A stretch of 63,556 nucleotides of DNA, counting the filler, from Octopus bimaculoides (lineage: Eukaryota), in NCBI RefSeq assembly GCF_001194135.2. It is 5 parts of 5 records of this genome, joined end to end, with 100 filler letters (N's around TTAATTAATTAA, not from the genome) between each part and the next. Parts side by side here need not be neighbours in the genome. Positions count along the whole stretch, not along the records: positions 12,620 to 36,958 come from NC_068991.1; 4 more parts are not named here. One strand, given 5' to 3'. Position 1 is the stretch's first letter. Every line of letters begins with the position of its first letter. Positions 12,662 to 25,771 of the stretch are shown here, one piece after another. The position numbers and the translations under genes are program-made. The notes below the pieces were generated by a model that saw only the letters and a list, made by a program, of their open reading frames with translations, was not told where the DNA came from and searched no databases.

Positions 12662-12972
12662 TAGACAAGGAGAAATATAATCACATGTGCACATTGCTCA
12701 TCGATTCAGTCATATAATCTCTCTATTTATCAATCATTGTCATTAACGCTAATGACTTTTGCTTCTCATTACAGGCGTACTTGCAAGCATGTGTTTAACT
12801 ATGTTAAGTATGCTAGGCCACATTTAACTGTATGTTGTGTGTGCAGAGGGTGCCCCCGAGGTATTTCCGAATATCAACACATTTACATGTCTGCGTGTGT
12901 CTATGTGGATATCTATCTACGTGTATGTCTGTCTACTTCTCCATCTGTCTGTATTTCAGCTTCTTTCTCTCT

Positions 12973-13018
<46 letters not shown>

Positions 13019-13749
13019 ATGCTTGTGTATGCGTGTGATATTCTAATGGAGAAAGGCGGTTCACATCATTTAGGCTCATTGACATTTGAGAAATTGACAG
13101 AGAAATTGCAAGCAGCGACAGTAAATCAGTAGCGACATAATAAATCAGCAGCCCCATGTAAATGTATGTGTGTATGTGTGTTTNNNNNNNNNNNNNNNNN
13201 NNNNNNNNNNNNNNNNNNNNNNNNNNNNNNNNNNNNNNNNNNNNNNNNNNNNNNNNNNNNNNNNNNNNNNNNNNNNNNNNNNNNNNNNNNNNNNNNNNNN
13301 NNNNNNNNNNNNNNNNNNNNNNNNNNNNNNNNNNNNNNNNNNNNNNNNNNNNNNNNNNNNNNNNNNNNNNNNNNNNNNNNNNNNNNNNNNNNNNNNNNNN
13401 NNNNNNNNNNNNNNNNNNNNNNNNNNNNNNNNNNNNNNNNNNNNNNNNNNNNNNNNNNNNNNNNNNNNNNNNNNNNNNNNNNNNNNNNNNNNNNNNNNNN
13501 NNNNNATATATATATATATATATATACTATGTATTTGTGTCCGTATATAAATATCACACACACACACACACATATATTGCATTCACTTAACTATCTGCTT
13601 GCAAATACACAAACACATATCAAATATATGCAAAATGCAATGCAGACATACACACATTGTCACAACCGCACATAAAACACGCATATACATTCCTGAGAAT
13701 GTATATGTTCACATCAGTGTGTGTGTGCGTGTGTGTGTGNNNNNNNNNN

Positions 13750-13805
<56 letters not shown>

Positions 13806-13918
13806 ACCTGTGATTAGGTTTGTTTCTCATATATATGCATGTGTAAATGAATAAATGCAGAGATCAGAAATCCAATATTTTTAATGATGCTTTCTTTCAT
13901 GACAGCATAAGAGAAGGA

Positions 13919-13928
13919 AATAATAATA

Positions 13929-13976
<48 letters not shown>

Positions 13977-13979
13977 ACA

Positions 13980-14055
<76 letters not shown>

Positions 14056-14072
14056 TAATAATGATAATAATA
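13919..14072. repeat. (AAT)n microsatellite with GAT/AAC interruptions
   Basis: About 50 trinucleotide units. Confidence 0.95.
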
Positions 14073-14399
14073 AAACAGTGAAGAAACATTAAATTGTACC
14101 TGGGCAAGAGAAAGAAGGGGAGAGGGAGATAGGGAGGGAGAGAGAGAGAGAGGAAGAGAGAGATGACAACGCTAACAATAAGAACATCAATGCAAAAGAA
14201 TTATAAGAGTTAAATTCTAGATAGAATTGCTATATATAAAATGTATATATGTTACAAATACCATACGTATATATGTATATTTATATCATACATATTTATA
14301 TGATGATGATGATGATGATGATGATATAAATATGTATATAGCTATATATCTAATATAACCCATCGCCGTCATCATCATCATTAACATCATTATTATTAT

Positions 14400-14600
14400 C
14401 ATGATCATTTAACATCTAATTTCCATGCCGGCATGGGTTGTCAGACAGTTTGACAGGAACCAGGCAAACTGCAAGACTATGTTGAGCTCAAAATCTTCCT
14501 CTTTCCCATGGTTTCTGGGGTTGGATGTTCTTCATAGTGATAGCCATTTTACAGAGTGTACTGGGTGCTTTCTTTTTACCACCAGCAGTTGTGAGGTTGC
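14400..14600 (-). mobile_element. Family D RTE-related SINE, degenerate
   Basis: TTTAACATC..TTTCCATGCCGGCATGGGTTG end shared with 15260-15554. Confidence 0.7.
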
Positions 14601-15259
14601 TATGCAACTTGCGAGACAGAAAACAGCACGGATAAGGGAAAATGAATGAAGCTCCCAGTATCAAAAGGAAATATCTGGATGTGGAAGGTAGACGTTGGTA
14701 ACTTTATGCCACCAACTCAGTTATATATATATACATATATATATATATATAACTCTTCAAAACGCCTGTGTTAGAATGGTGGCAGCTGATGAAGGAAAAT
14801 GTTCTCTATGTGGCCTGTGTGTTTTCTGTGCTCTGGTTATTATTATTTTTTTGTCTACGTTTTGTTTGTAATGTCCTGTACCCAGATATGCACCTATATA
14901 TATATACAGGTAGATGTAGGTATGCACATACTTGTACATATATATGCATATACTCATTTATTATTTGTTTTATATGTATATATATATATTAAATTTTTAA
15001 ATATACTCAAATACCCAAAATTTCAAGGAGTTCCTGCCTTAAAAACAGGAACTACACCACAGTTATTNNNNNNNNNNNNNNNNNNNNNNNNNNNNNNNNN
15101 NNNNNNNNNNNNNNNNNNNNNNNNNNNNNNNNNNNNNNNNNNNNNNNNNNNNNNNNNNNNNNNNNNNNNNNNNNNNNNNNNNNNNNNNNNNNNNNNNNNN
15201 NNNNNNNNNNNNNNNNNNNNNNNNNNNNNNNNNNNNNTATATATATATATATTTGTATA

Positions 15260-15554
15260 TCATCATCATCATCATCGTCGTTTAACATCCGTTTCCGTGC
15301 TAGCATGGGTTGGACGATTTGACTGAGGACTGGCGAACCACATGGCTACACCAGGCTCCAATCTGATCTGGCAGAGTTTCTACAGCTGGATGCCCTTCCT
15401 AAAGCCGACCACTCCAAGAGTGTAGTGGGTGCTTTTACGTGCCACCGGCATGAAGGCCAGCCAGGCGGTACTGGCAACGGCCACACTCAAAATGGTGTAT
15501 TTTACATACCACCTGCACAGGAGCCAGTCCAGCAGCACTGGCAACGACCTCGCC
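15260..15554 (-). mobile_element. Family D RTE-related SINE with (GAT)n tail
   Basis: On minus strand: two ~65-bp units, then TAGGAAGGGCATCCAGCTGTAGAAAC, then CCAACCCATGCTAGCA..GTTAAACGA(TGA)n. Confidence 0.85.
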
Positions 15555-15632
15555 AAGTATCTTCTACTATTATCTCAAGCTGACCAACACCTTGTGAGTG
15601 GATGTGGTAGACATATACTGAATGAATCCCAT

Positions 15633-15676
<44 letters not shown>

Positions 15677-16182
15677 NNNNNNNNNNCATATATATACACA
15701 TACATATATGCATGTATGACAATATACTTCTTGTTTTTGTTTACAAGATCCAATCAGCTTGGGGCTATAAAAGACTTGCCTAAGGTGTCACACATTGAGA
15801 TTGAACATAGCTCAATTGCATTGTGTGGCATCTTGGGCAAGTGTCTTATAACCACCTCTCATGTGGTTGAGGAGCAAACTTCTTGCCACACAGTCATGCA
15901 TAGGCTTCCTCATAGTTTCCGTCTTTCAAATTCACTCACAAGGTATTGATGAACCTGGGGCTGTAGTAGAGGATACTTGCCAAAGATGTCAGACATGGAT
16001 GGAATCCAAGACTAAGTGGCTGTAAAGCCATAACTATGCTTATAAAAGAATACACATACCCACAGTGGGAATGAACCAGAGACTGCATGGTTTGAAAGCA
16101 AGCTTCTTAAGCACACAGCTATGCTTGCACCACATATGCACATGTATGTTATTGTGTATGTAATAATATATATATATATATA

Positions 16183-16492
16183 GGCGCAGGAGTGGCTGTG
16201 TGGTAAGTAGCTTGCTTACCAACCACATGGTTCTGGGTTCAGTCCCACTGCATGGCACCTTGGACAAGTGTCTTCTACTATAGTCTCGGGCCGACCAAAG
16301 CCTTGTGAGTGGATTTGGCAGACGGAAACTGAAAGAAGCCTGTCATATATATGTACATACATATATATGAGACCGATAGAATAAGTACTAGGCTTACAAA
16401 GAACAAGTCCTGGGGTCGATTTGTTCGACTAAATGGCGATGCTCCATCATGGCCACGGTCTAATGACTGAAACAAGTAAAAGCGTAAAAGAG
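16183..16492 (+). mobile_element. SINE family C, head to tail with internal deletion
   Basis: GGCGCAGGAGTGGCTGTGTGGTAAG A-box region, GGTTCAGTCC B-box, CORE-like GGCACCTTGG.CAAGTGTCTT, conserved tail. Confidence 0.92.
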
Positions 16493-17289
16493 TATACATA
16501 CACACACATGCACACGCACACACGCAAAAAAAATAGATGGAGTAATATAAATGCATTTCTTAAGTTTTCACAAAATATCATGCTAATTTTCCAGAAGAAT
16601 AAAAAAAAGCATAAGAAATGAGAGAAAAAAATAAACCCACATTATAATTAAGTATTGTGTTTTAATGCTATTACTCTGATTAGCATGATGGAATAGAGGT
16701 GGCAGTGGTGGTCGTGTTGGTAGTAGCGGTGGAGATAGCCACAAGCAGCATAAAGAATAACTACAGTAATATTCTGTATATTTATTGTAGTTTCAAGTAG
16801 TTGGTTTCCATGTGTCTATTTAATTTTATTTATATTTTATTTTCTTTATTCAACTATTTTTTTTTATTTTGCTGCTCAGATTTTTAACTTGCTTCGTATC
16901 ATATAAAGAAAGAACATCTATAAAGTTGGAAAAACAGGGAAAAACATAAATGTAATGTACATGTAGCAATTAAAATGGCATGATACATCATGTTAAAAAA
17001 AACATTTCAGAAAACGAAAAGCATAAAATTGCATGATATATCATTCTAATTAGAAAAAAAGAAACAACAGTGAAACAATAACACATACACAAATATGGAA
17101 GGTACATGTCTTTCCTTTTTGTTCAATATAACCATCATAGTTAAGGATATGATAATGGAGAACTTGTATTTAATGTTATTAGCTGCATGGTAAAGAAGTT
17201 TGCTTTGCGACCACGTGGTTTCAGGTTCAGTCCCACTGTACAATGTTTAGAGCAAGTGTCTTTTACTTAGGCCATTATAGTTAAATAGT

Positions 17290-17670
17290 GGAGGCGCATT
17301 GGCCCAGTGGTTAGGGCAGCGGACTCGCGGTCATAGGATTGCGGTTTTGATTCCCAGACCGGGCATTGTGAGTGTTTATTGAGCAAAAACACCTAAAGCT
17401 CCACGAGACTCCGGCAGGGGATGGTGGCGAACCCTGCTGTACTCTTCCACCACAAGTTTCTCTCACTCTTACTTCCTGTTTCTGTTACCTGTAATTCAAT
17501 GGGTCAGCCTTGTCATATTGCGTCATGCTGAATATCCCCGAGAACTACGTTATGCGTACACGTGTCTGTAGAGTGCTCAGCCACTTGCACGTTAATTTCA
17601 CGAGCAGGCTGTTCCGTTGATTGGATCAGCTGGAACGCTCAACATCGTAAGCGACGGAGTGCCAACAACA
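17290..17670 (+). mobile_element. Full-length tRNA-derived SINE family B (tRNA-Arg-like head)
   Basis: A box TGGCCCAGTGG, B box GGTTTTGATTCC, ~380 bp, ends in GTGCCAACAACA. Confidence 0.92.
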
Positions 17671-17675
17671 AATAT

Positions 17676-17902
17676 GGATTTACTCACAAGGTATTGGAAT
17701 CTTATATGTTTACCATTCTGCCTAAAGAATGGATTTACAAATACAATATCCCTACATTGACTCTCTATTTCCTATCTTAACTAAACTAACTATTGCTTAA
17801 TCATCCTCTCACACCATCTCAGATGAAGGGATATAATAAATATCCTGGAAACAGCTGTAAGACATTCGATTTATAAATGTTCTATATTGTACACAGCCTT
17901 AG
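17676..17902 (+). mobile_element. Non-coding PLE/retrozyme-like element fragment carrying a hammerhead motif
   Basis: Closely matches the reverse complement of 25810-26040; runs into a gap. Confidence 0.7.
17817..17862 (+). ncRNA. Minimal type I hammerhead ribozyme (U4A variant)
   Basis: TCT-CAGATGA-AGGGATA taataaa TATCCTG-GAAA-CAGCTG-TA-AGA. Confidence 0.65.
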
Positions 17903-18847
17903 NNNNNNNNNNNNNNNNNNNNNNNNNNNNNNNNNNNNNNNNNNNNNNNNNNNNNNNNNNNNNNNNNNNNNNNNNNNNNNNNNNNNNNNNNNNNNNNNNN
18001 NNNNNNNNNNNNNNNNNNNNNNNNNNNNNNNNNNNNNNNNNNNNNNNNNNNNNNNNNNNNNNNNNNNNNNNNNNNNNNNNNNNNNNNNNNNNNNNNNNNN
18101 NNNNNNNNNNNNNNNNNNNNNNNNNNNNNNNNNNNNNNNNNNNNNNNNNNNNNNNNNNNNNNNNNNNNNNNNNNNNNNNNNNNNNNNNNNNNNNNNNNNN
18201 NNNNNNNNNNNNNNNNNNNNNNNNNNNNNNNNNNNNNNNNNNNNNNNNNNNNNNNNNNNNNNNNNNNNNNNNNNNNNNNNNNNNNNNNNNNNNNNNNNNN
18301 NNNNNNNNNNNNNNNNNNNNNNNNNNNNNNNNNNATATATATATATATATATATATACATAAAGTATGCAAAACTTATATATTAGCAATAAGACATATGA
18401 ATTCAGCACAGTACTTCTTAATTCATCTAAATCAAGTTTAATTCACAAATGGTTCCAAATATAGAAAATACAAATATAAATATTTCAGGGCTCTGACATA
18501 AATATCTCATGAGGGAAAAAAATGCTATTGACAAAATGATTAGACATAATACATTCAAGAAAATGTGAATATAATGCTTCATAAATTACTCTACTAACAT
18601 TATATTATCTTCATGTCTACCACATCATCAGACTGGTTGATTGAGAGACTCTCCCAAATGGCTAAAGATTTTTGGCAATTGGATTTATGAAGTTAGATTA
18701 GAAATTGGGCAAAAAGACAAAAAAAAAACCCATAAGAAAATGAATGATTTTATGTCCACAGGCTAAAAAGTGCCTATCAATGCCAATTGTAGCCATTCAT
18801 ACATATATGTGCTTTTATAAATATGTACACCCACATACATATATGTT

Positions 18848-18883
<36 letters not shown>

Positions 18884-20302
18884 TATATGAATGTATGTAT
18901 GTATAGTCAAACAGACTCTGAATACATACATATATTTTCTGGGTGTCAATTTAATAATGCATTCTGTGTTTTTGTTATATTTTTGGCACCATATGTGCAT
19001 GCATACACACACATATATGTATGTATGTATGTATGCACGTAGACAAAATGAGAAATGACATCATTAAAAAAAAACATAGAAAACAAACTTTTTTTCAAAG
19101 ATCGAAAGAAACAAACAAATAGAGAAACAAGACAGGCAACATAAAGAACATTCCCTTCATCAGTTGTCCCCTGTTTTATCTACTTCATGTTTCGAAGGCG
19201 GGGACAAGACGCGACTTCATTAAAACAGTTCTTCCCGCAAAGCAAATTAAATCAAATCTGGGATTTTAATGTGGAGGGTGAAAGTGGTAACAAAAACAGG
19301 ACAGTGAGAGCAAAACAGTAAAAACAAATGGTGAGGGCTGTTAAGCCATGACGATGTGAAGTGGTGAACGCTATCCAACAGTTTAACATAGATCAATTTG
19401 CTGCAGTTGGTGTTATTTTCTCTCTCTCTCTCTTTTTGTCTGTGGCTAGGCATTGATTATATGCAGCTCAAATCAGAGCTTCTGTTTTTTTTAGCATTTA
19501 AACCAGAGCAACAGAGCTTTTTTCTTTCTAACTGTTGCTTCGCACTGATTTCATTACTTTCTATCATATTTTGCCATTGTTTTTCTGTTTGTTTTCTTTT
19601 ACTTTCTCTATTTGTTTTGCTTCGTAATAACATTTTAGAATTTCATTTTTGATTTTTATATTGTTTTAAAGCTTTCTTGTGTATTTATATCTCTTTTCTT
19701 TTTATTTATTTTTCATCATTATTAATTATGTTATCCTGAAATATTTCATCACTGGCATTTTATGTTCTGTTCATTGAAAAGATACAATATATGTTTGCAC
19801 CATTTCTTGCCAGTGTGTTAACTTCAAGGCAAAAAATATAAATAAATAAATAATAATAATAAATGAATAAATCAAAAATAAAAATGATATCAAATAAATA
19901 AAACAGAATGAAAACTAAAAATGAACCACAGAATCTCATTTGTTACTATCTTTGTTAGTAATAATTTATGATAGAGATATCAAAGAGAAAAAAGGAAATC
20001 ATTAATTATCTTTTTTTTTCTATTAAATTAAGATTCTCAACAATAAAAAAATAATGCAAATGGAACAGATGCAACATGATAATCTGAAGAGTTAATAATA
20101 GTTCTGAGTTCATATTTTCAGATTGCCTACAATTTTTGATGTTTAGCATTAATGATTTGTGTACATATATCCATCACACGCATATGTATGTATGTGTAAG
20201 CATCTATCTATCTATCCATCTATCTATCTATCTATCTATCTAGATAGATAGATAGATAGCTAGAAACATAGATAACATACATACATATGTGCATGCATAG
20301 CA

Positions 20303-20333
<31 letters not shown>

Positions 20334-20339
<6 letters not shown>

Positions 20340-21205
20340 TACAAAATGGGACAAGAACACAAAACATCCACACAGTTAGGTGATACAAGAAAGGGACAAC
20401 AAAACATACAGATAGAAGATACAAAGAAAACAAGGACAGGTCATTCGGAGTTTTCTTTCATCAGTCGAGATCCAGATTATCTTTGCAATTTCAGCTGGTT
20501 ATTCTCGATATTGCTCCAATCTGGCCAGCCCCAGGGTAAAACTAATCTAAGAGCATTAGACTCCTTGGGAGAAAGCAGCGAATGTATACAAAAACCAGGA
20601 CAGAACAAAACGAACAATGTTACACAACTACAATAAAAATTAAAATAATAACAGGATGTCTTTTGACTAAGGACGAATTAAATTAAGCTGGCGTGTGTGG
20701 AAATAAAGACTTACGGCAGGGATACAAGATTTCACAGGCACAGGGAGGAATATCGATGTTGCACGCACAACGGCCAGCCAAAAAAGAAAGATCAGGCTTG
20801 GCGGAACACCGGTCACATGGGAAGAGAAGATAGAGAGGTAGAGGCAGAGGGACAAAAGAATTAAGGAGGGGCGAGAAAAAATGACAGGGACACAGTGAAG
20901 TGAAAAGTGGAGGGAAAGTGAGGAAGAAGAGAAGGCAAATAATGTGAGCAAGGGGGAATGAAAGAATGAAGAGTTGAATGAACGAATAAGGGTGAAAGGG
21001 CTGATAGACAGAAATAGAGTCGTACAAGATATAGAAAAATGTATACTTCCATATAAGAGTCAAAATGTATGTACGCCATTTTATATACATCTATATAAAT
21101 AATACAAAATGGGACAAGAACGCAAAACATCCAGACAGTTATGTGATACAAGAAAGGGACAACAAAACATACAGATAGACGATACAAAGAAAACAAGGAC
21201 AGGTC
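20334..21205 (-). mobile_element. Non-coding element with 109-bp direct terminal repeats (763-bp period), PLE/retrozyme-like
   Basis: 20334-20442 and 21097-21205 differ at about 4 positions; CTGATGA motif adjoins the repeat start. Confidence 0.7.
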
Positions 21206-21208
21206 TTT

Positions 21209-21242
<34 letters not shown>

Positions 21243-21274
21243 GTGGCGTACGTGCATAGAGACAAAGTGACTGA

Positions 21275-21597
21275 TGCCAGTGGCATGTGAAAGCTCTTTT
21301 CAAGTGTTGGGCTTCACAGAGGCAATGACCAAGACCTTTGGTATTATGCCGTGTTTGAGAAGAAGACCCATCAAGCCAATTAAAATCACAGTCATGGCAG
21401 ATACCGGTGTCATGCAAATGGCACATAAAACCACCCATTACACTCTCAGAGCGGTTGGCGTTAGGAAGGATATCCAGCTGTAGAAACCATACCAAATCAG
21501 ACTGGGTTCTGGTGTAGCCTTCCAGCTTCCTAGCCCTGGTCAAGCTGTCCAACCCATGCCAGCATGGACAACAGATACTAAATGATGATGATGATGA

Positions 21598-21600
<3 letters not shown>
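21275..21600 (+). mobile_element. Family D RTE-related SINE
   Basis: GTTGGCGTTAGGAAGGATATCCAGCTGTAGAAAC..CCAACCCATGCCAGCATGG..(GAT)n. Confidence 0.8.
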
Positions 21601-21683
<83 letters not shown>

Positions 21684-22842
21684 TATGTATGTATCATATA
21701 TATATATATATAAATATATGTATGTATCATATATATATATAGATATAGATATATTGATACCAGGATGGAGAGACAGTGATGCATGTAATAAAGCTAGCAT
21801 TGATTAGCAAATACACTTTTATACTGAGTACTACCCGAAGCACAAAGCATCTATGAAAGAAATTATTCTCTTTCATATTAATTCAATACCAGAATGAATA
21901 TTCAGCCTTATTCTAGATTAATCCGTGAGGTTACAACCTGTTGTGTCTATTACCTTTTATATCAATCTTTTATTTACTGTAGGGGGTTATAGTCCCAAAA
22001 TTGATTCATATGCTTCATGGTGTAATATCTAATTCTCTCTCGTTGTCTGCTCTCTAATTGCTAGGTTTACACCAGCCGTTGGTTAATTCTAGATATTGAT
22101 TGATATATAAACAGAAAATGCAAATATAAATAAATAAATATATATAAAAAACGATAGAGTCCATCAAAACTTGTAGTGGTCTACATCAGTGAAAATTATT
22201 TCTAAAGTTGGTAAATTTAGATAATTTCTTATGCCATGGGGAGACAAGAAACCTAATGTTCCCAGCTAAGCCTTTCATCAGGGAAAAGGGGGAAAAAAAA
22301 GTATTATTATTAAACCAAACATCTTTTTATTTTATTTTATCTCATCAATGCAATGATTTTCATGGATGGCAGGACAGTCCCCCATAACATATGAACTAAT
22401 TCAAAGTACAAACTTAACTAAAATCATATATAAATAGTCTGACTGAAATAGCACGTGTTGTTCTGACTGCAGTAAATCTGAAAGAGATACAAATAAGCTG
22501 AAATCATGGCCCTTTTGGTTGACAAATCTATTAGTTCTCTCATTAGGGATTCATGCTTAGAGAGAATTTATTGCACAAGGTTAAACGCCATCAAACAACA
22601 TCAGTAATACATTGGAAACAGCAATCTATTTATTGTTACATCAACATGTCCCTTTTTCACCCCCAAGAGTTATAAACCACAGAATATTTTTTAGAAATAA
22701 GTCAGAAATAACATTTTTAAGCGAAACGTTTGACCATTTAGAATTTAGATTGTTTTGTCAAACGTTAAGCTTATTTCTTCACATTTTTAATTAAAAATTA
22801 GCCATGCTTTATCTCACAGCTATGAAATTTCAATGATATGAT

Positions 22843-23281
22843 TTATCTTTTACTTGTTTCATTCATTAGACTGAGGCCATGCTGGGGCACCGCCTTGAAT
22901 TTTTAGTTTGATGAATCAACTCCAGTACTTATTTACTTTTTAATCCTGTTACTTATTCTATCGGATTCTTTTACTGAACTGCTAAGTTATAGGGGACATA
23001 AGTACACTAACACCAGTTGTCATGTGGCAGTAGGGGGACAAACACAGACACAAAGACACATAGACATCATCATCGTTTAACATCTGCTTTCCATGCTAGC
23101 ATGGGTTGGACGATTTGACTGAGGACTGATGAACCAGATGGCTGCACTAGTGGGCTTCCTTCAGTTTCTGTCAATCAAATCCACTCACAAGGCTTGGATT
23201 AACCTGAAGCTATAGAAGAAGACACTTAGCCAAGGTGCCATGCAGTAGGACTGAACCCAGAATCATGTGGTTGGGAAGCAA
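22843..23281 (-). mobile_element. SINE family C split by a truncated family D insertion (23065-23150)
   Basis: C tail at 22843-23060, D 3' end, then C head resumes at ~23152. Confidence 0.75.
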
Positions 23282-25771
23282 TGCCTGTACATGATTGTTT
23301 ATTTTTAGAACAACATTATAGGATTGGTGTGTGAAGGTGGATCTAGCCAGCTTGAACATTACCAATTTAAATACAAAAGACGCATGTTAGTCAGGGCAGA
23401 AGGGGACAGTACCCATAATTTTTGTAGGCCCTTCTCCTAGAACAGTGAAACTGATTCAACTGATACCCATTCTGAACCCCCATTAGAACATCAATGTCTT
23501 TTGATTTTCACTTGTTTCAGGCACTGGACTGTGGCCTTGCTGGGGCACTCCCTTGAAGGGTTTAATTGAACAAATAAAATCTAGTACTTATTTTCATAAG
23601 TCTGGTAGTTATTCTATCAGTCTGTTTTGCCAAATTGCTAAGTTACATGGATGTAAACAAACCACCACTGAGTGTGAAGTAGTGATGAGGGACAAACACA
23701 AAGATACACATATATACATACCTATTTTAGTGCTGTTAACACCACCAATTTTAATGGTACTGCCCAGGTGTCAAAACCATAATGATATCCATCAGGCAGC
23801 TGATGATGGAGGTATGTTGGATTGTTGGTATGACTGTTTTTATATATGTGGATTAGTGTTATAACACATCCTTTTGATATATGTATCCAAATATAAGGAA
23901 TGGTGTAGGTAAAATCTAGGTTATATTTTGGGATTTTTATTTGCATACACAGCAAATCCAGTTGCTAACCTTGAACTATAAGAATAACTATTTTCAGTTT
24001 ATCGAACTTTGATACGGGAAAAATTTACAGCCTTCTCTGTCAAGAATTCTTTGGTTTGAATGTTCACATGATTTCTTTAAGAATCTTGTTTACATCTCCA
24101 AAAAACTCCGATGGTTTGAACACAAGATCTGAACATCTATCAACATGTTCCTATGTACCTATCATTCCATTACATGCCTCCCCCCACCACGTGGATAATA
24201 CCAAAAGCTTTTGTAATAATAGAAGCCATTTGATCTTCCAACCATCACTGTTATGTTTCTTCTTATAATTGAAAAATTTCCCTTTAAAAAAAAAAAAAAC
24301 AAACATCATTTTTAGCTTTCTATTACCCCACCAGAATGTTTCATGCAATTTCATTCGATACTTTGTCTGCATCCTCACAAGCATATATTCTAATGCTTAT
24401 CCCTAAATATGCAATTTTATAGCAGACACGCAATCCTTGCAATAACTTATCATTATATGTTTTTGTTACCTTTCCGTGTTTTCCTATTCTACATGTATAT
24501 CTTAATTTCCTCAAACTCCACCAGCTTCCAAATTTTTTCTCCCAATGATATTTTCAAATAGGAACTACTTTATTTCCATGAATTAAATCTAACAGTTTCT
24601 TTTTTCAGTACCCAAATCAAAATTTATAATGAGACTCAAATATAATTTGCTTGCTTTATTATATACTTGAATCCTCTATTTTAATGATTACAATCAACTA
24701 AAGATCAGACGCAAGAAATCCAGATTAATGATTTGGGAAGTTTTCAGTTTCCAACAATTATATTAATTTTACTATCAGTACTAAACATATGTACACACAC
24801 ATACACACACACATATATGCATGAGTTTAAACATATATATATATATATATATANNNNNNNNNNNNNNNNNNNNNNNNNNNNNNNNNNNNNNNNNNNNNNN
24901 NNNNNNNNNNNNNNNNNNNNNNNNNNNNNNNNNNNNNNNNNNNNNNNNNNNNNNNNNNNNNNNNNNNNNNNNNNNNNNNNNNNNNNNNNNNNNNNNNNNN
25001 NATATATTTACAGGTATACATGTTGTCTATAGAAATACAATTACACACATACATATTTTCCAATGCACACACATATATCCATACATTTGTGCAAACATAA
25101 TAAAGAGGCATATGCATTAATGTGTATGTTTGTTTGTGTGTGTGTGTGTGTGTACGTGTGTGTGTGTGTGTGCACGTGTGTGTGTGTGTGCATTTGCAAG
25201 AATAGCAAAATTCAATAAATGAGAGTATAAATTCATTTACTTGTGTCAATCATTGGATTGCTACCCTACTGGTGCACCCATCTCAAGGGTTTCACTCAAA
25301 TAAAATGACCTCAGCACTTACTCCTTTTAAGCCTGGTACTCGTACTGTTTGTCTCTTTTGATGAACCACTAAGTTATGAGGACATTACACCAGTTGTCAG
25401 ACGGTATGGCTGGGGAAACACAAAGACAAGCATACACATAGATACATCACAACTGCATCCTCATTACACGAGAAAAGCCATTGCCAAGAAGACTTACTGA
25501 AATGATTCATGATTGTTGCCATGTGATGCCCTTATATGACTTTTTAAGCCCGGCCAAGCTTTTACACATTTTATTACATACTAGACAACTGTACTGGCTG
25601 GCAGAAGAAACAGGTGCCACCATATGCACTCTCTTAACATGTCTTTTTAAACCTCCAGCTGAGAGGCACACCCTTCCACATTTTATACACATTCTGTTAT
25701 GAATTTTAATAGCCACATCATTGTTTATCATGGGTCGATTTCTACATAGATACACACACACGCACACACAC

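Noticed and set aside
17290-17365. tRNA gene-like sequence
   Set aside because: A/B boxes are present but there is no closed cloverleaf, and it continues into a repeated SINE body.
24020-24280. Possible minus-strand exon (KFFNYKKKH.. / DRCSDLVFKPSEFFGDVNKIL)
   Set aside because: In-frame stops, no recognisable family, and not in frame with the 40-kb candidate exon.
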